From: Phoronis australis
Taxonomy: Eukaryota; Animalia; Phoronida
Direction: 5' to 3'
Length of the DNA stretch: 64,000 nt
Assembly (NCBI GenBank): GCA_002633005.1
Contig: NMRA01000239.1
Span: 124,001-188,000, forward strand
A model generated the notes under the pieces. That model was not told the DNA's origin. It was given only the letters and a program-made list of their open reading frames with translations, and did no database searches. Both the position numbers and the translations under genes were made by a program. Positions 62,101 to 64,000 of this stretch are shown piece by piece; positions within the stretch are counted from its first letter, which is position 1, and the number at the start of each line of letters is the position of its first letter.

Positions 62101-62944
62101 AATTTTAGTGCATAAAAGTTCCACTAAAATGATGCAGGGTTTACTGGTGAGCCATTGTTTGTTGCATATGGGCTTAGTCACGATTTCCCTGTAACAGATG
62201 TACATCAGTTTTGAATGGCTAAAACAGTTGAACTGTGTGGCAGTTAGCAGCTAAGTCTCAGTCCTTGTCGCAGCTTGCAGTGGAGTGCTGGGAATAATTT
62301 CCTAAGCGTGAGTTCAGAAATCAATAAATGAGTTTGATACTTTCCTGTATCAGCCTACACATAAGAGTTTGTGACGTCTTCTTCAGTTGCTTATGACCAA
62401 CAAGTCTCCTCTAGTCGCTCTCAATGTACTCAAGAAGGTCTGCGATCACCCACGTCTGTTGTCCACTCATGCTTGTGCCCAGCTGGGCTTGGACGGAGAA
62501 CATGGGTAGGCATGCTGTAGTTTCTTAACATCGTTGTCAACATAACTGTCTTCAACTTTGTCGTCTTAAGGCTACGTATACCCCTGTTTCACAAAAATAA
62601 CAAAAAATATTGATGGCAACTATGAAAAATCCTAATTTTAGAGACTATCCCTAATTGAATAATTTTGACTGTACACATTTGATATACAGTTTGACGTTGC
62701 CCCGTTTAATCAATCTCTTAATTGTTCCAGGATGTCTGGCACGGACATCAATGATGCAGCGGTGCACTTAGCTGCTGCCACGAGGGTAAATGAGATACCC
62801 GATGAGACGTTGATCCGTGAGTCTGGCAAGATGGTCTTCCTAGTAGAATTGCTGGACAACCTGAAGGCTGAGGGCCACCGCTGTTTGGTATTCTCTCAGT
62901 CACGCAAGATGCTGGACATTATTCAGAAAGTTATTGAAAACAGG
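53070..62944 (+). CDS. ERCC6L: ERCC6L/PICH SNF2-family DNA translocase, 5' part (gene continues beyond the window)
   Basis: join(53070-53100,53544-53743,54205-54401,57306-57431,58015-58180,58556-58681,59735-59827,61040-61215,61900-62005,62387-62505,62731-62944,...), phases consistent. N-terminal TPR-like helix pair, [66 protein letters not shown]. Confidence 0.92.
53544..53743 (+). CDS. ERCC6L: ERCC6L exon (TPR-like N-terminus)
   Basis: [45 protein letters not shown]. Confidence 0.85.
54205..54401 (+). CDS. ERCC6L: ERCC6L exon (Q motif to start of motif I), copy A
   Basis: [37 protein letters not shown]; donor GTAAGT. Confidence 0.92.
54411..54517 (+). pseudogene. Decayed intronic copy of the 3' half of the preceding ERCC6L exon
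   Basis: AACAAGCTGTACCCCTGCCAG...AGGAAGAAGGGTGGTGTAC vs exon AACAAGCTGTATCCGCACCAG...AAGAAGAAGGGTGGAATAC; reads [26 protein letters not shown]. Confidence 0.7.
54931..55235. mobile_element. Inverted hammerhead arm - tRNA-like head - direct hammerhead arm (retrozyme/SINE-like); second copy ~56630-56934
   Basis: Minus arm 54931-55037 and plus arm 55128-55235 align; both contain ACACCTGAAGATGG...GAC(T)GAAATGT; between them A box TGGTCTAGGGATTAGAG and B box GGTTCAAACC (55042-55112). Confidence 0.72.
55896..56092 (+). CDS. ERCC6L: ERCC6L exon copy B (probable allelic/assembly duplicate)
   Basis: Same peptide as 54205-54401; the differences seen are synonymous (GAT/GAC, GGT/GGC). Confidence 0.75.
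56964..57189. mobile_element. MITE (PIF/Harbinger-like); truncated copy at ~55264-55427
   Basis: CAG-AGACCTGTTCGAAGAAAACTGA vs TCAGTTTCTTGGAACGGGTCC-CAG. Confidence 0.6.
57306..57431 (+). CDS. ERCC6L: ERCC6L exon (motif I/Ia)
   Basis: [42 protein letters not shown]. Confidence 0.93.
58015..58180 (+). CDS. ERCC6L: ERCC6L exon
   Basis: [37 protein letters not shown]...FIW. Confidence 0.93.
58556..58681 (+). CDS. ERCC6L: ERCC6L exon (motifs II/III)
   Basis: [13 protein letters not shown]...[11 protein letters not shown]. Confidence 0.95.
59368..59445. repeat. Short degenerate tandem repeat (CCTTGGCATAGCTGA-like, ~4 copies)
   Basis: Directly visible. Confidence 0.6.
59735..59827 (+). CDS. ERCC6L: ERCC6L exon
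   Basis: [31 protein letters not shown]. Confidence 0.93.
61040..61215 (+). CDS. ERCC6L: ERCC6L exon
   Basis: [37 protein letters not shown]... Confidence 0.9.
61900..62005 (+). CDS. ERCC6L: ERCC6L exon
   Basis: [35 protein letters not shown]. Confidence 0.92.
62387..62505 (+). CDS. ERCC6L: ERCC6L exon
   Basis: [35 protein letters not shown]. Confidence 0.93.
62731..62944 (+). CDS. ERCC6L: ERCC6L exon (start of helicase C domain)
   Basis: [45 protein letters not shown]; donor GTATGT. Confidence 0.93.
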
Positions 62945-63545
62945 GTATGTATCTGTTTCTACGAGTGATTTTATGTTGCCACAGTTTGTGCATCTCACCA
63001 CTGGCATAGTAATTGCTTTGCAAGAGATTTTTACAAGTTTTCTTTTTTAAAAGAATTTTTATGTCTGGTAGATGGTCCTGCAATTTTCCTATTGAATATT
63101 TCTTAAAATATGCTGACAAATTTCCTGAAGAATGAAATCTCAAGGTTCTTAAACACAGGACCAACATAGAGTTGTGTGGTGCAACATACCTAGTACATCA
63201 AGCTAATGCACTGCCTCGTTCTGTAACTATGCAGGCCTACGTGGCAATATGCGAATATAATGCTCACGACAGTGTCTTGGCTGAGCTTTTATGTGTTTGT
63301 GTAAACACATTGAAGGAGAGGGAGTGACGTGGTTTATGGTTTTGCTCAAAATTTTTCATGAACTTTTTGTTCAAAGCCAATTGATTTTGATTATGGATGC
63401 GATTCTCACTACAATAGGCACTGTCTCCAACATTGTGACGATTTTTATTTATAACTGTTGATTTTTTCAATGAATATATTAGATTTACCCACAAAATTGA
63501 AATATATGCAAAGTTTTTCATATGTATGACTTTTCTGATCATAAN

Positions 63546-64000
63546 GTCGCTGGCACATATTCCGCTTGTAGGTCACATGTTTCTTAAAGTATACTGGGAC
63601 TTATATGTACAGTTCTAGAAAAGTAAAACACATGCCTTTGGACTTACTACCAGCAATTCTTGGTTACACTGTGTAGATTCTAACAGTTTCAATTAGACTG
63701 GTACTAAACCTTGTTTTGGTATTACTTCTGTCACCCGCTGATGGTATTTCGTCTGAGTTATAAAAGCATTATTTAACTAAGACACTTGTTCACTGTGTCA
63801 TAAAGGAGACCCCGTGCTTCTCTGTTGTTGGTCTTTCAATTGTTGCATAACTTGCCTAATGAATTAGTTACACTTGCCAATGTTGCATATTTAAGGATTT
63901 TTCAAAATTGCTCCAACTGAGCATTTTTGTCTTAAGATCTCAGTGAACACGCGGTAATTAATCTGTGAAAATGCTAAAACCAGGTTTAGCATCAAAGTTC
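63546..64000 (+). repeat. Near-identical copy of 60521-60966 after a single n (third haplotype-like duplication)
   Basis: n at 63545; GTCGCTGGCACATATT... matches 60521 onward with SNPs and a short indel. Confidence 0.9.

Overview
AT-rich, intron-rich animal genomic DNA, probably from a marine invertebrate; the taxon cannot be fixed from sequence alone. Three spliced genes can be rebuilt by hand with consistent GT-AG phases. (1) A complete 13-coding-exon oxysterol-binding protein gene (OSBP1/2-like, + strand, 5901-40006, ~761 aa; PH domain, coiled coil, FFAT-like motif, ORD with EQVSHHPP). (2) A CCDC117-like gene (- strand, CDS ~49025-43478, ~425 aa). (3) The 5' part of ERCC6L/PICH (+ strand, CDS from 53070, runs off the window), head-to-head with the CCDC117-like gene. 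Three single-'n' junctions (10513, 55428, 63545) each separate near-identical tandem copies that look like unmerged allelic haplotypes. The introns hold MITEs, tRNA-derived SINE heads, minisatellites and a Penelope-like GIY-YIG fragment. Two structures stand out. In OSBP intron 1, a miniature non-coding LTR retrotransposon has tRNA-like Pol III boxes in its LTRs, a tRNA-Ser PBS, a PPT and a 4-bp TSD; it and an inverted solo LTR sit at mirror-image sites in the two arms of a palindromic host. In an ERCC6L intron, a tRNA-like head is flanked by two inverted arms that each end in a degenerate hammerhead ribozyme core. All coordinates were counted by hand and no database searches were run.
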